From: Toensbergia leucococca
Taxonomy: Eukaryota
DNA length: 25,962 nt
Direction of reading: 5' to 3'
Assembly: GCA_022813965.1 (NCBI GenBank)
Contig: JALDZS010000039.1
Span: forward strand, 124,001-149,962
Positions 1-11,850 of this stretch are shown in pieces. How positions within the stretch are numbered: position 1 is the first letter of the stretch; each line of letters starts with the position of its first letter. The notes beneath the pieces were generated by a model. The model did not search any database, was not told the origin of the DNA, and was given only the letters and a program-made list of their open reading frames with translations. A program made the translations under genes and the position numbers.

Positions 1-243
1 AACACACTCCCTGAACAACCCCCAACAACACACAAAGCGCCTTAGTCGTACAATGCCTTTCTTCCCACCCACCTCCTCAAAGAACACACTTCCCAAAAAA
101 AAAATAAACATACATCCCCTCTCCCCCCCTTTCCCCAAAAAAAAAGAAAACCCTCCAGTCCTCACAAAACCATCCCCCCAACACCTCCACCAAACCCCCC
201 CCCCCATTTCCAGCCCCAACAAAACAAAAACAAACCCCCAAAA

Positions 244-456
244 ATGCCCCCCTTCCACCCCTACCGCCCCCTCCTCAAGCACCAACCCCTAGGCTCCAAC
301 CCCCCAAACCCAACCGAGCGCGCCATCGCAACAGACCTCACTCGCACGCTACGCAAGGAAAGCAAAGCGAGAGAGTTGGCGGCGTATAAGAGGATGTTGG
401 CAGAGTGCGGGTTGAGACGTTCTTCTGTCGAGGAGGGAGGAGAGGATGAAGGATGA
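244..456 (+). CDS. Possible small hypothetical protein (70 aa), or last exon of a gene starting left of the window
   Basis: ATG..TGA ORF with a charged, helix-like middle (TERAIATDLTRTLRKESKARELAAYKRMLAECG). It lies at the switch from C/A-rich upstream to G/T-rich downstream sequence, the same flank pattern seen around the deacetylase gene. No family recognised. Confidence 0.35.
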   Translation: MPPFHPYRPLLKHQPLGSNPPNPTERAIATDLTRTLRKESKARELAAYKRMLAECGLRRSSVEEGGEDEG

Positions 457-1029
457 TCGGTAGTGTGAGTATGTTGTGGGTGGTGGTGTGACGACGGGGA
501 AAAAGGAGTTGGTTTAGGGGGGGTCAGGGGGATGTGAATGATGCTTGCGTTGTGGAGTTGGGGGGATGAGGTTGATTGTGTATTGGGGTTGGAGAGGGTT
601 CGTTCCCCTGGGGGGTTGGGTGGCGCTTGTTTGTAAAGGTCTATTACGTGCAATTAGTCAATCTAGAGCGTGCGGGACATGGTCCCCCGGCCCCCCTTTT
701 CTTCCCTCTTTTGTGACATGCGGATCGAAGATCTCTTTCCAACCCGCAAACAATCACCGACCGCCCCCCCAACGACACCAAAAGAGCGGCCACTCCACCC
801 TCCGAGGGCTAGAGCGAATCAAGATTGTCAGAATCGGCGATCCCCACCAAATCAGAGCTTGGAGGACACTTATATGATGCTCACTCAGGGCCGGACAGCA
901 ATATCCCGCTCTCGTATAATTAAATACGATCTCGCCTCCAAAGACCAAAAGAAAAAAAAGGAAACATTCAATTTCCCCTATAGAAATATAGAAATCAAAC
1001 TCGTATATGCAAAAAAATACAACAACAAA

Positions 1030-1059
1030 GAAGAAGAAGAAGAAGAAGAAGAAGAAGAA
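1030..1059. repeat. (GAA)10 microsatellite in a low-complexity region with poly-A, poly-G and poly-C runs
   Basis: Directly visible gaagaa... run, followed by G-runs at about 1070-1123. Confidence 0.95.
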
Positions 1060-1763
1060 CCCGAGTGTGGGGGCCGGGGGGGGGGGGGCGATCGTAATTC
1101 TTTTTGGCGTGGTGGAGGGGGGGAAATCCAAGCATAGTAAATGATCTCGAAACTCAATAATCCCAACACCCCCAAGAAAAGAATGAGAAGAAAAAAAAAA
1201 GTGAAAATATTTCATACGAAGAAATAGTAGGGCACCTAGACATATAAAAATTCCTCCTTGGTAAATATCCAAGATACGGATCCCCAACCCCTACAATTCC
1301 TAGGCCCGAAATAAACCTGGAATGAAAGAAAGATACGCAAGCAATCTGATCCTGCACGCTATCAACAACCCGTCTTTTCAGCACCTGAAGCATCATCGGT
1401 CCCAAGTCTGTGATGCTGATATGGTAACCTCATGCAACGAACCAACATAAGCATCAAAGGAACGCCTTGATGACGAGGGTGATGAGCTGATACAATTATT
1501 GAGCTCGCTGTAGGGGTGAGTGTTCGAATCATCTCTGTGAGGAATTACGATTCGGATATTCGAAATGAGGAACGACTGAAGACCTTTTGGAGAGGGGAAA
1601 GATAAAGGTATGCAAGTCAGTCAAATCTAAACATTGAAATAGGATCTTAAGTAAGTGGAAATACAAGACATTTGTAAAGATTCAAAAAAGAACCTTCTCC
1701 ATTGTCACCTACCGTTTTCACCAAAAAGAAACAAGACCCTAATCGAACCAAAAAGAGAACCGC

Positions 1764-3465
1764 TTAGCTAGTCTTAAAATCCAACTTGCCACTGACAGCC
1801 CTCAATTTCCTCCCATACCCCTGCAAGAGCACTAAACAAGTAATAGACACAGCTCCGCAGAGTGCAGCTTGAATGCCGAAACTCTTGATAGTCCCCATAC
1901 CAGTCGCCCACGGAATCTCAAAGTAGCTAGCAATGAACCCACCAAGTGATCGCCCAAAATTGACCCAAGCAGCAACCTCACCCGCAGCTTGCGGGTACAG
2001 TTCCAGTAGATAGGCGTTAAGACCGACGGTGGCGATCTGGATGCCGAAGACGAACAGGCCCCATGCAAAGGCTGTTATGCCCCAGTGCCAGTCACGCTGC
2101 AGGCAGAAGCCGATGAGAAGAAGTCCGACAAATTGTAGGGGAAGGGCGATCCAGTTGATCATGAGGCGGGCTTCGGGTTCCACGTAGCCAGTTTCGTAGC
2201 TTTTGTGCTTGCGCATTTTCATATATTGCTGAGCGGTGAAGTCGTGGATCCAATGACCGAGGACAACACCGAGAAGAATGGCGATTACGGGCGCGAAATA
2301 GAAGAAGCCTGATGTTTTGTGAGCATCTTTACTTTGCTAATGAAAAGGAGAAAATAGGCATACCAATTGATCGGGTGGTGAAATGATAGTCTGCTTCAAG
2401 GAAGATGGAGAGGGTATTGTTAATGCCAACAGCCCATGCAAAATCAACAAGGTAGTAAAAGGTAGCAATTAGGACTGGAAGCTGGAGAATTGCTCGAACA
2501 GGCCGCATGATTGCTTGCAAGAACGTGCTACGTTGCGGCCGCGATTTCCACTGTTCGACGCCAATGACTCGCAGAACACGGGATTTCTGGACTGGTTGCT
2601 CGATAGTAGGAATGCTTCTGTTGTAATATGTCTCATCTGCGAGCGCGATGACCAATAGGAGACATACCCCAGTTGCAATGGTGCCAACCCAGTAAGGCCA
2701 GTGCCAACTTAGGGTAGTGAGCTGGAAAGAGGCAAGCATTGGACCTAGGTAAGGTGAAAGAATAATAGCACCTGACCATAGATTGATTTTTTTACTACCA
2801 CGAGTTGTTGGCTAAATAAAGGGGACTTTCTGGTTGGGAAGACTCACGCATGCTCATGCAGAAAGAACATGTCTTGAATGAACATCAAACCGCCCTGAGG
2901 AGCCATCAGTCTCAGGTGTCAATAACATAAATTTGAGGCAATCCCTTACAGCTTGCGCCACTGTAATGAAAAGACCATTCATAATTCTCAGTCCCTCAAA
3001 TGCGGGAAAGGTCTTTGTACCAGCGACACCAGCAATAGTCACAAATCCTATAAGCAGGAACCAAAACAAGACAGGAAGTCTCCCAAAGTAAGCCGATAGC
3101 GCAACAACCACCACCCCGCCAACACCAAGCATGAAGACGTTGCCTGCAATTGAACCGGCGACTGTGTTGACCGGGAGCATCCAAGCTTTAGCCTGAGGTA
3201 TTAGCGTGGCCGCTCCAGTAGCACTGGTATAATCGGGTAAGAAGGCGCATGCAGAAATGACGAGTAGAACCATCATCTTCTTGGATTGCGACCAGTTCAG
3301 TGGATCTTGCGGGTTGTCACTGGGCTGTGGTATCAAGACAGTATGTCTATCTTTAGCCGTCATGGTATCATCCGTGGGAGATTTCCGAGACTCAATATCA
3401 AAGGTCCCATCTTGACTAGTATGGCTACTGGCTATGGCGAGTCCTTTGCTTTCGTAAGTGGCCAT
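1764..3465 (-). CDS. Major facilitator superfamily transporter (DHA1/HOL1-like), about 512 aa; complement(join(1764..2308,2364..2794,2848..2894,2950..3465))
   Basis: PQPSDNPQDPLNWS N-terminal motif, YFGRLPV loop, GGLMFIQDMFFLHEHAKKINLW, PYLGP, PEARL and many hydrophobic helices. Three GT-AG introns join the ORF pieces in frame (1539 nt). Confidence 0.92.
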
Positions 3466-4132
3466 GGATGAAGATTGAGCTGTTCGAGGTACGTGTGGAA
3501 AAGGGAAAGTGGGAAGTTTGTGAGAAAGGCAGCATCTTAGCACCAGAGGGCCCGTCCAGATAGGCCATACTCACCGTGTAACAATTGGACGAGGGTTCGA
3601 CTTAGTGTGCTCCTATCTGCCGTTGTTGTTCCTGGCGCAATGCGGAGGCGGGAACATGGAGGGTACCAACAGGCCTTCAATTACGACATTTTGGGGGCTT
3701 TTCTGACTTTTGAATTAGCCTTGGTGCATTATGGAGCCTGCATGGCATGAATCTAGGCTTTGCCGGCGTGCCAGCCATGTGCTTGTTGGTTGCACAAGTA
3801 CTCGGCTGCTTAGCCAAGAAAGGAGGACAGAAGGAAATTTAGAGGAATTGTGATGGCGCGGATGTTCTAGTACTTTTAGATGACAGTATGCTTAGAAATC
3901 ATGGCCACTCGCCAATTGAATGCATTGACTGGAATGGCTGAACGATGCTGCGGGCGATATTGAACCAAATGCTGTAATGCACGGTGATGGATACAAACGG
4001 TGATAAGTCGACATGAAGTGTTTTCTAGCTGATTTACGGAGTAGCTAATAATGAAAAATGGAAAATGGCTAGGCTTGGGCGTGTAAATTGTGTGGGGGAA
4101 AATTGGCTCATAGGCTCCAGTTCCGCCGCCGA

Positions 4133-4194
4133 CGCTTACCTAGAACTAGACTATTAGACTGTCCGCTTACCTAGAACTAGACTGTTGGACTGTC
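4133..4194. repeat. Tandem duplication, 2 x 31 bp
   Basis: cgcttacctagaactagactattagactgtc / cgcttacctagaactagactgttggactgtc, with 2 mismatches. Confidence 0.9.
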
Positions 4195-4850
4195 CGTCAT
4201 CCCGTCGCTCTTTACAGGGATTGATCTTAGCAGGCACCACCACCACCACTCCCACTACCTCACTCTTCTTCGAACCTCGACAGTCGACTCATTGCCTTCC
4301 TATCTAGTGGTCACACATGCCCTCACATGATTGTTTTCAATGGGACTCGCCAACCAGGCCCCTCCCTTACCTACCTACTTACAACGTCACGTCTCGCTTC
4401 CGAACATGGATCCATTGTTGATGAATCCGAACACTCGGCGCGGCAACTTCAGATATTTGACTAGGACTTAGATTAGCCTGCATAAGCATTGATGATACTA
4501 TGGTAATGCATGCCATCCATCCCATCGGCATCACCCACGCGAGATATCAGGCATGGAGCAACAAGCATTGTTTCGCGAGCCGAGCTTCTGCATCCATCTT
4601 AAAAACAACCAACATCCTTGCACCATTATTCACCCAAAGCCACAAACATGCGTCAGAGGCTCTCACAGATTGACATCAGAATAGACGTGCCACTGTTAAA
4701 CCGCATTTGCCTGTACGCCTACGAGTACCTTTCTCACTCTATAAGTCTCTCTGCCAACCGAGCCACTTCGGCCAAGTGCTCTACCACTGCTACTCTTAGC
4801 CAATCAGAGATCTTGTCCCCCTAGCCTTGAAGATCAGCATCACGCATAGG

Positions 4851-4872
4851 TACGCCATGCATACGCCATGCA
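4851..4872. repeat. Perfect tandem repeat, 2 x 11 bp (tacgccatgca)
   Basis: Directly visible in the divergent intergenic region. Confidence 0.8.
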
Positions 4873-5262
4873 AAGTCTCGTGGGTGGGTTCGGGACTGCT
4901 GGGATTGGCCCAAGTCAAGCCCGGCTACATCCCATACTCTGACCAGCACGCTTTCCAGTCATAGTCAACATCAAAAATCCTTGTCGGGAAAGTCTGTCCA
5001 ACGGAAAGGACGGACATCAAAACCGTCGGGGAAAGGCTACTTACTTGCACGTCATTCGTCACTCCCAAGCTGGAATGGAACGTAGTGGCCGACATATGGC
5101 TCTTTTTGGCTGGCAAATTACATGGAAAATTCGGAACAACGAGGAAGGGAAAGAGCTCGCATCACCTTTGGGAAGTATAATATTCCAGGCCGACTACGTT
5201 GTGTTGCTCTTTCTGTATTGCATATGTTTTGCTCTCTTTCTACCCATTAGAAGTTGTACAAT

Positions 5263-6659
5263 ATGGGTGCAACCCTCAACGACGACGATCGAGGCCCAGT
5301 AATCCTGGTAGCCTGCTGGGTCGGGTTCACTATCACCACCGTGGTGATTTCGGCCAAAGTGTTCCGGCGAGCTAAGTCTGGAACTTGGGGGCATGATGAT
5401 AGTACAATAGTGTTTACGATGGTCGATCACTCAACTCCTCTCTATGTTGACACGATTATTGACGAAAGTACTAGGGAATCGCCATCGTTGTCGTCGGCCT
5501 ATTCACTGCTGGAGTTCACTATGGCCTTGGGAAACACCTAGACCTCCTGACACCACAACAAGCGGATCTAGCTAGCAAATACAGCTGGATTGGCCAATGT
5601 TTCGCCATCATGTCTTTTGCTATCGGCAAGGTCTCTATTGCTTTCTTTGATCTGCGAATGCTGGAAAGAGCGAGGAAGAGATGGCATGTCTATGTTCTCG
5701 AGTTTTTCGTCATAAGCGTAGTCCTCGCAAATGCCGTGACGGTCATCCTCATTCTTGCACAGTGTCAACCTCTCGCAAAGCTTTTCAATCCATTTCTGAA
5801 AGGTACATGCTGGAATCGAAATGTAGTCGTGTATTTTGGGTATTTCACAGGAGGTGTGTAATGTAGATTCTCTTTACATTTCTATCGACTCTAACCTCGC
5901 TGACAACATTTTAGGCTATGACGCCTTGACGGACATCGCACTCGCGGTCTTTCCAATATATGTAATATCAAATCTTCAGATCCCTCGTTCAAATAAGATC
6001 AGCTGTTCTTTCATGGTTGGCTTAGGTCCTATGTATGCAGAGCCTCTAATTACCTACGACAAAAGACACGAGCTCACAAGACTCTTAATAGTGCGGCTGT
6101 CTGCGCCATCATGAAGACCATTCAAGTTAAAGAAAATCAGAATACTATAGATTTCTCTTGTAATTTCCCCCAGTCAATCACAATCCGGATAACCGAATTA
6201 ATATTATTTCTTCAGACACTACAGCACAGCTTATAATATGGAACATGTCAGTAGTCTCCTTCGTCGCTGCTCTTCGCTTGGTCTGCACACGCTCAACTCT
6301 CAAGCGCATCTAATTAAGTCATCAATCGCAGTGTTGAAATGTTTGTCATCATCACCGCCGCCTGCGCAGCAGCCTTGAGGCCCCTCATCGAATGTTGCCT
6401 CACCACCGCCAACGGCAAGAAGAGCAGTCGCTCTGGAAGCCACATACGAATCACAGACTCGACTCCGCACCCACTAGAATCGATGCGAAAATCCCGAGGG
6501 TACCACCCAGACAGTGAAGAGAACATGGTGCGACCAGTCGGACAGGAAATATACAAGACGACTTGTATTAGCGTTATGCATGAGGATCCATCAACGCGCG
6601 AAGAGTCTGTGAAAAGCGCCGAAATGGGACACGAAATACCGTCTGGATCTAATGTCTAA
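5263..6659 (+). CDS. Fungal rhodopsin-domain / PTH11-type GPCR-like integral membrane protein without CFEM, about 360 aa; join(5263..5421,5475..5853,5915..6032,6092..6159,6216..6246,6332..6659)
   Basis: Family motifs WGHDD, YGLGKH, GKVSIAFF, AQCQP..CW, TDIALAVFP..I.NLQ, W..VE..V.I.AAC..ALRPL, about 7 hydrophobic segments and a hydrophilic tail. Five GT-AG introns give an in-frame 1083 nt. Confidence 0.88.
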
Positions 6660-7277
6660 TTGAACGGGAGGTGTACGTAGAGGGAATCAAGGGCGCAAGC
6701 TCTAGGCAAGGAGGCAATTGTCTATCGATCTTCGGATTACGGTCTTACGTATATAATAGTAGTACGAACACCAGGGATTCTTACGTCCTTGTCGTTGAAG
6801 TGAATAGATGAGGCCTTGTACTGTAATCATACCGTTTAATTCTACATATCCGCCTCATAAGTCCTGGTATGATAGACTCTAAGTTCTTCTGATCAGACAG
6901 CTGTGAGAATACCTGTTCATTGATGACGTTAATGAGCAGAGAGATACATTTTGGGGGTTTTTTTTGCGGTAAGTTGAATGTACCTTACCTACCTAGTCTA
7001 CAGTCTTTCAGCATTAAATTCCTGCGTTAAAGAAGCGAGAGAAGGATTCAACGTTGCCAAGCTCCTTAGATCCGGCATAGGGCGAGGAAGACTGCAATCT
7101 ATCCCTGAGTATGAAGCCATCCTCAGAGACCTTTCTGTCATATCATTCAGGTATAACGCCTCGGTCTGGGAAGACACGGGCGATAAATCCCCCCACTCTA
7201 TTCGTAAGGCTTCTTGGTTAATCCATGTCACCTTTCATCTAGCTCCTTGAATTGATCAAGAGATCGGACTTTCCAGC

Positions 7278-10200
7278 ATGTCGTTAGTGTCGTCCGAAGA
7301 CCTTCTCAACACAACATCATCAGCGCCGGGCTGCAGAAGGTGAGTAGATATTTTTGATTGCATTGATGAGCTCTTTTTCTCTCTGCTTTGAAGACTCGTC
7401 AAAGCATGAAACATGCTTGCTGAAAAGCTCGCGCAGTCAAGTCTATAGCATTGCAAGGACTGTTCCGTTCTGCTCAAATGAAATTCTCGATGCAAATGAG
7501 CCTAGCTTTGCCTGTTACGCCTTGAAGCACTAGATTCATTCTCGTCTCGTTTATCGCAGGGTGGGAGCTAGCTGTTCTTGGTACCTATCGAATTTTTCTC
7601 ATACACATGTAATCAGGTAGCATGAGTTTCATGTATTCATTGAGTTGTCCTCGCAACCTTCACAGTTGGATAGGTGTGTAGTATCGCTAAGGCGAAACGT
7701 ACGTGCAATTGGGATACTCCGCTTTACTGACTTGATCTATCATTTCTAAAGTAATCTCTGGGAAATTGCGGCTTCAAGGTTAAGAGAGAAAGATCAAGTT
7801 TCTATCGATCTCAATTCTTCAGTGAGTCTAGATGACTTGTTGAAAGCTGTAGAAGACAGAAAGGCCGAATGCAGAAGAAAACAATGGAGGTTACAGGGCC
7901 CCAATCAGAAAGTCGTCGTATTGAGAGACGTCTTTGCCAAGATTTCAATCTGGATCCAAAAATTCGTTCAGATTTTTGATCAAGTGGTTCAGTATGATCC
8001 AGGTCACGCCGCTTTGCCATGGGCTGCTATAAGGCTTTTATTACAGGTTCCTCACCATTGTTCCGAACTTGTTCCTCAGGCTGATGACTGCCAATAGATG
8101 ACCATTAATGATACACAGCGTTATGCAATTATCATCGAAGGTGTTGAGACAATTTCTAGGAGCTTGGTAAAATGTGAAATTCTTGAGAGGCTGTACCTTC
8201 ATGAAGTCCTGGAGGCCACAGACCAGCTCAAAAGATGTTTGGTGGATACCTATGTTTTCATATTGTCATTTCTTGCCAAGGCGAAACGGTTCTATCAAAA
8301 AAATACAGCCAGTGAGTCACGGTAATCTTGGAAACATCACGCGTCTTCAGATAGTCTTCTGGTGGACATTAATCTGTTTGTTGGTGATGTGTTCAGACCA
8401 TCGATACTAACGTCATTCGTAGAACGTCTTCTTGAAGGCGTAAGTCAGTTTAATGATCGATTTGAGAACATCTTGGATAGGATGGGCCAAAGTCAGGCGG
8501 AGGTTGAGAAATACACCTCATTGATAGACTCTGAACGTCAAAAGAGAATGGGCGAGGGCTTACAAGCCCTGTCATTGGACGACACAAATAACCGACAAGA
8601 ATTGCTGGGTATTCTGAGTGACTTGAGAAAGCCGATTGATCGGATGGAAAGACGCATAGAGAGCCTACAAGATAATTTACAAAGCAAACAGCGTGCTGAG
8701 ATTTTGAACTGGCTGTCTCCTATTCCTTATCGATGTCACCATGAGAGAGCCCACAGTGAAATTTTATTAGGCACAGGAGCTTGGCTTCTTGAAGACGACA
8801 ACCTGATTGAATGGCGCAAAACAAGCTCTTCTTCTATTCTATGGCTTCATGGCATACCAGGATCTGGTAAGAGCAAGCTGGTGTAAGGAAATTTGAGCCC
8901 TCGATGTGTTTGATCACTGATGAAATAATAGCTCTATACTGATTCAGCAGCTACTCGATGATCACCTTGATGGCAAAAATCCCAAGCCCATCTACTTCTA
9001 CTGCATGCGAAATCCCGCTGAGCCGGAACGTGCAGAGCCAGAGGCTATCTTCCGTAGCTTGGTCAAGCAAATATCATATCTTCAGCCCGATAACGTGATC
9101 CTAGAGCCTGTTCGAGAGAAGTATTTCCAAAGGGAGGAGGAAGGATTCGGAAACGGCCCTCTCAACCTAGATGAAAGTACGGAGCTTCTAATCACGCTGG
9201 CCAAATACCACCCCCTCACAACTATTGTGATTGATGGTCTTGATGAATGTGAAGAAAAAAGACGAGTCGATTTACTTGAAGCGCTAAGAAAAGTCCTTCG
9301 ACTCTCTACAGGTTTGATCAAGATCTTTGTGTCGAGCCGTGATGATCAAGATATTGTTTGCCATCTTGCTGATTGTCCAAATCTTGAAATCGAGGCTAGC
9401 AGGAATCAGGAGGATATTATCCGCTTTGTCCGCAGTGAAGTCGAAAATCTGATCACAAGCAAGAAGTTACTTTATGGCAAAATCTCCGAGAAATTGAAGC
9501 AGCGGATAATACAAGAGCTGTGTGAAAAGGCTCAGGGAATGTTAGTAGCCGCTCACATTCTCCCGAACCTCAAGATAATCCTTTATCTAAAACTGAGAGT
9601 TTCAATGAATAAATAATCGATCGCCTTGAGGCCAAAATACTACCTTCACATTTGCTTCGTCGAACTTTACTGCGAGGAAAAAGTGCTTACACAATGTGCT
9701 CACTAGGTTCCGCTGGGTTTCGTTGCAGCTAGAGTACCTCTGTACATTGCGAAGTTCCACGTGGATTGAAAGACGACTAGGAAAACTTCCTAAGGAACTC
9801 ATCAAGCTTTATGAGGACATATATAGTGTTCGTGTCAGCTCCTACGAAGAAGAAGAAAGGAACATCGCCGAGAGAGTATTCAGATGGCTTCTTTGTAGTC
9901 AAAGAGCTTTCTCTGTCGATGAATTTATCACGATTGTAGGTGCAAGCGGCAATGAAAGAACAGACTTATCGAAAGAGGCATTGCTTGACTTATGCTTCAA
10001 CTTTGTCGTACTAGACAAGGATCTGAACATCTTTCGTTTTGCACATCTCTCTGTCCGAGAGTATCTGGAGGCTAAAGGATGTTACGAGACCGCAATGAGT
10101 CATGCTATGGCAGCCGAATGGTGCTTATATCAACTCACCTCGAACTTCAAGATGGAATACGATACCTTTGTTCCTTTTGAGTATGCCTATTGGTATTGGC

Positions 10201-11850
10201 CATTGCATTTATCCAAGAGCGGAGATCGTCGACGAAAGGAGAAACTAGGAATGTTGTTTCAAGAATTCGTGAAACCCAGATCGCCCGCCTTTCGACGGTA
10301 TAGTCATATGATAAAGACGCTTCTAGGCAGAAAAAAAGTCGTTGCCGATGGCTACATGAAAAGAAGAATTGGCTCAATGATCAGTTCGCCCCCAGACCCT
10401 GTCTTTGCAGCATGCGCTTGGGGCTTTTGTGAAATCGTGGAAGCCCGCCCGGATGTTCAACCAAAATCGTTCTCTTTATTGAACTCTCAGCTCCATACAC
10501 CTTTGATAGTGTCCTGCGAATTTGGACAATATGAAATGGCTTCTCTTTTACTCGACAGGGGCTTTGGTCTTGAAGCGAAAGGGTTTGATGGAGCGACAGC
10601 ATTAGCGGGTGCGGTCATGTACGGCCATGACGACGTCGTCCAACTATTGTTGGAACGAGGTGCAAACATTCAGGAGGCCGAGACGCCACAGCTCTGCACA
10701 GCCGCTTTCAAGGGCTATGAGAATATCGTCAAATTATTGATCAATCATAGCGCTGATGTAAACGCACAAGGTTCCAAATCCGAGGCTGCACTACAGATAG
10801 CAGCTCTCAAAGGTCATGTACCCATCGTTCGACTGCTGCTGGAGGCCGGTGCTAACACTGGACCGACCACCAGTCGGGTAGATACAGCAGAGGAGATTGC
10901 AAATTTAAGGCGAGAGGGATTGCAGGATAGCTATAGCGCCGCACTAGACACAGCAATAGAGCGTTGCGACGAAGAGATGGTGCAATTGCTATTAGACTAC
11001 GGAGCCGTTGTTACAGTCGTAGACCTTCATGGCTGGACTCCTTACCTTCTTGCATGGGCTAACGGATATGACAACATCTGTTCTTTATTGTCGGAGATCA
11101 GTCCATCGACTGCTCCTCGCAAGAACCCATATGGAAAGAAGCCGAGTCAGTGGATTAAAGCTATTGAATCCGGACAAGTTACCATTCACGATGATGGTCT
11201 AACGGTAACCACAGGTTTGAGCCCACGAATCTAGAAATTATTCGCTAGATTCCTTATTAATCATCGGGTATAGAGGGTACCAGCGGATTCAGACTACAGA
11301 TCCGTGCGAATCATCCTATGCCTCCTGGCAATTATACCTATTATTTTGAGATTAAGATCATCTCTGCAGGCAATGAAAAGTAAGCATCGATGCATGTTTG
11401 AGCACTCTCTGGCAGACCTTTCAAGCTGATCTCATATTCGGTTAGTATTGTTGGAATTGGATTCTGCGAAGCCAAAGCAAAATGTACGGGTATGCCTGGC
11501 TGGGGTCATCGATCTTGGGGATACCACGGTGACGACGGACAACTTTTTTGCATAGATGTAGGCTCGAACAGGGGTAGGCCTTATGGCCCCACGTTCGGAA
11601 GTGGAGATGTGATTGGTTGTGGAGTGGACTTTGGGTCAAAAAGTGCTTTCTTCACAAAGAATGGGGAACATCTAGGTGAGGCTGGGCTTTGAATTCCAGG
11701 GATTTTCTGATACTGATTTCTTGCGGGACACCAGGTACGGCTTTTAAAGCAAAGGGAAGGCTCTTTCCAATTGCGGGAGTCGGAGATCCTGGTGTACACC
11801 TTAAAGCAAACTTCGGAGAAGAGGAATTTATGTACAAGGGTATATCGTAG
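7278..11850 (+). CDS. NLR-like protein: helical NACHT N-terminal domain + NACHT NTPase + winged helix + about 6 ankyrin repeats + C-terminal SPRY, about 1190-1200 aa. Exons 7752..8046, 8098..8311, 8423..8882, 8932..9540, 9707..11214, 11274..11379, 11446..11675, 11735..11850. First exon uncertain (7278..7339 or 7622..7632).
   Basis: LWEIAASRL and HAALPWAAIRLLLQ N-terminal motifs; GTGAWLL; Walker A WLHGIPGSGKS (P-loop about 8851-8874); YFYC; Walker B IVIDGLDEC; IFVSSR; GMFRWVSLQL; FAHLSVREYL; ankyrin repeats such as GHDDVVQLLLERGA; SPRY motifs IRANHPMP, YYFEIKI, MPGW..SWGYHGDDG, YGPTFGSGDVIGCG, FFTKNG, ANFG. Introns are in phase, with a TACTAAC branch site near 8405. Confidence 0.88.

Noticed and set aside
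670..1287. ORFs 670..1137 (+) and 754..1287 (-) with poly-E or poly-F tracts
   Set aside because: Explained by the (GAA)10 microsatellite and homopolymer runs; no protein-like motifs.
3425..3535. Out-of-frame upstream ORF (MLPFSQ..., 36 aa, minus strand) overlapping the MFS start, considered as a HOL1-type regulatory uORF
   Set aside because: It lacks the short PS-stop ending of the yeast HOL1 uORF and may lie upstream of the transcription start.
6978..7495. Short ORFs upstream of the NLR, considered as an adjacent effector or amyloid partner gene
   Set aside because: No recognisable HeLo, gasdermin, HET or amyloid motif and no coherent exon structure.
7676..7685. GTGTAGTATC, matching the U2 snRNA branch-pairing segment
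   Set aside because: Only 10 nt match; the flanks do not resemble U2.
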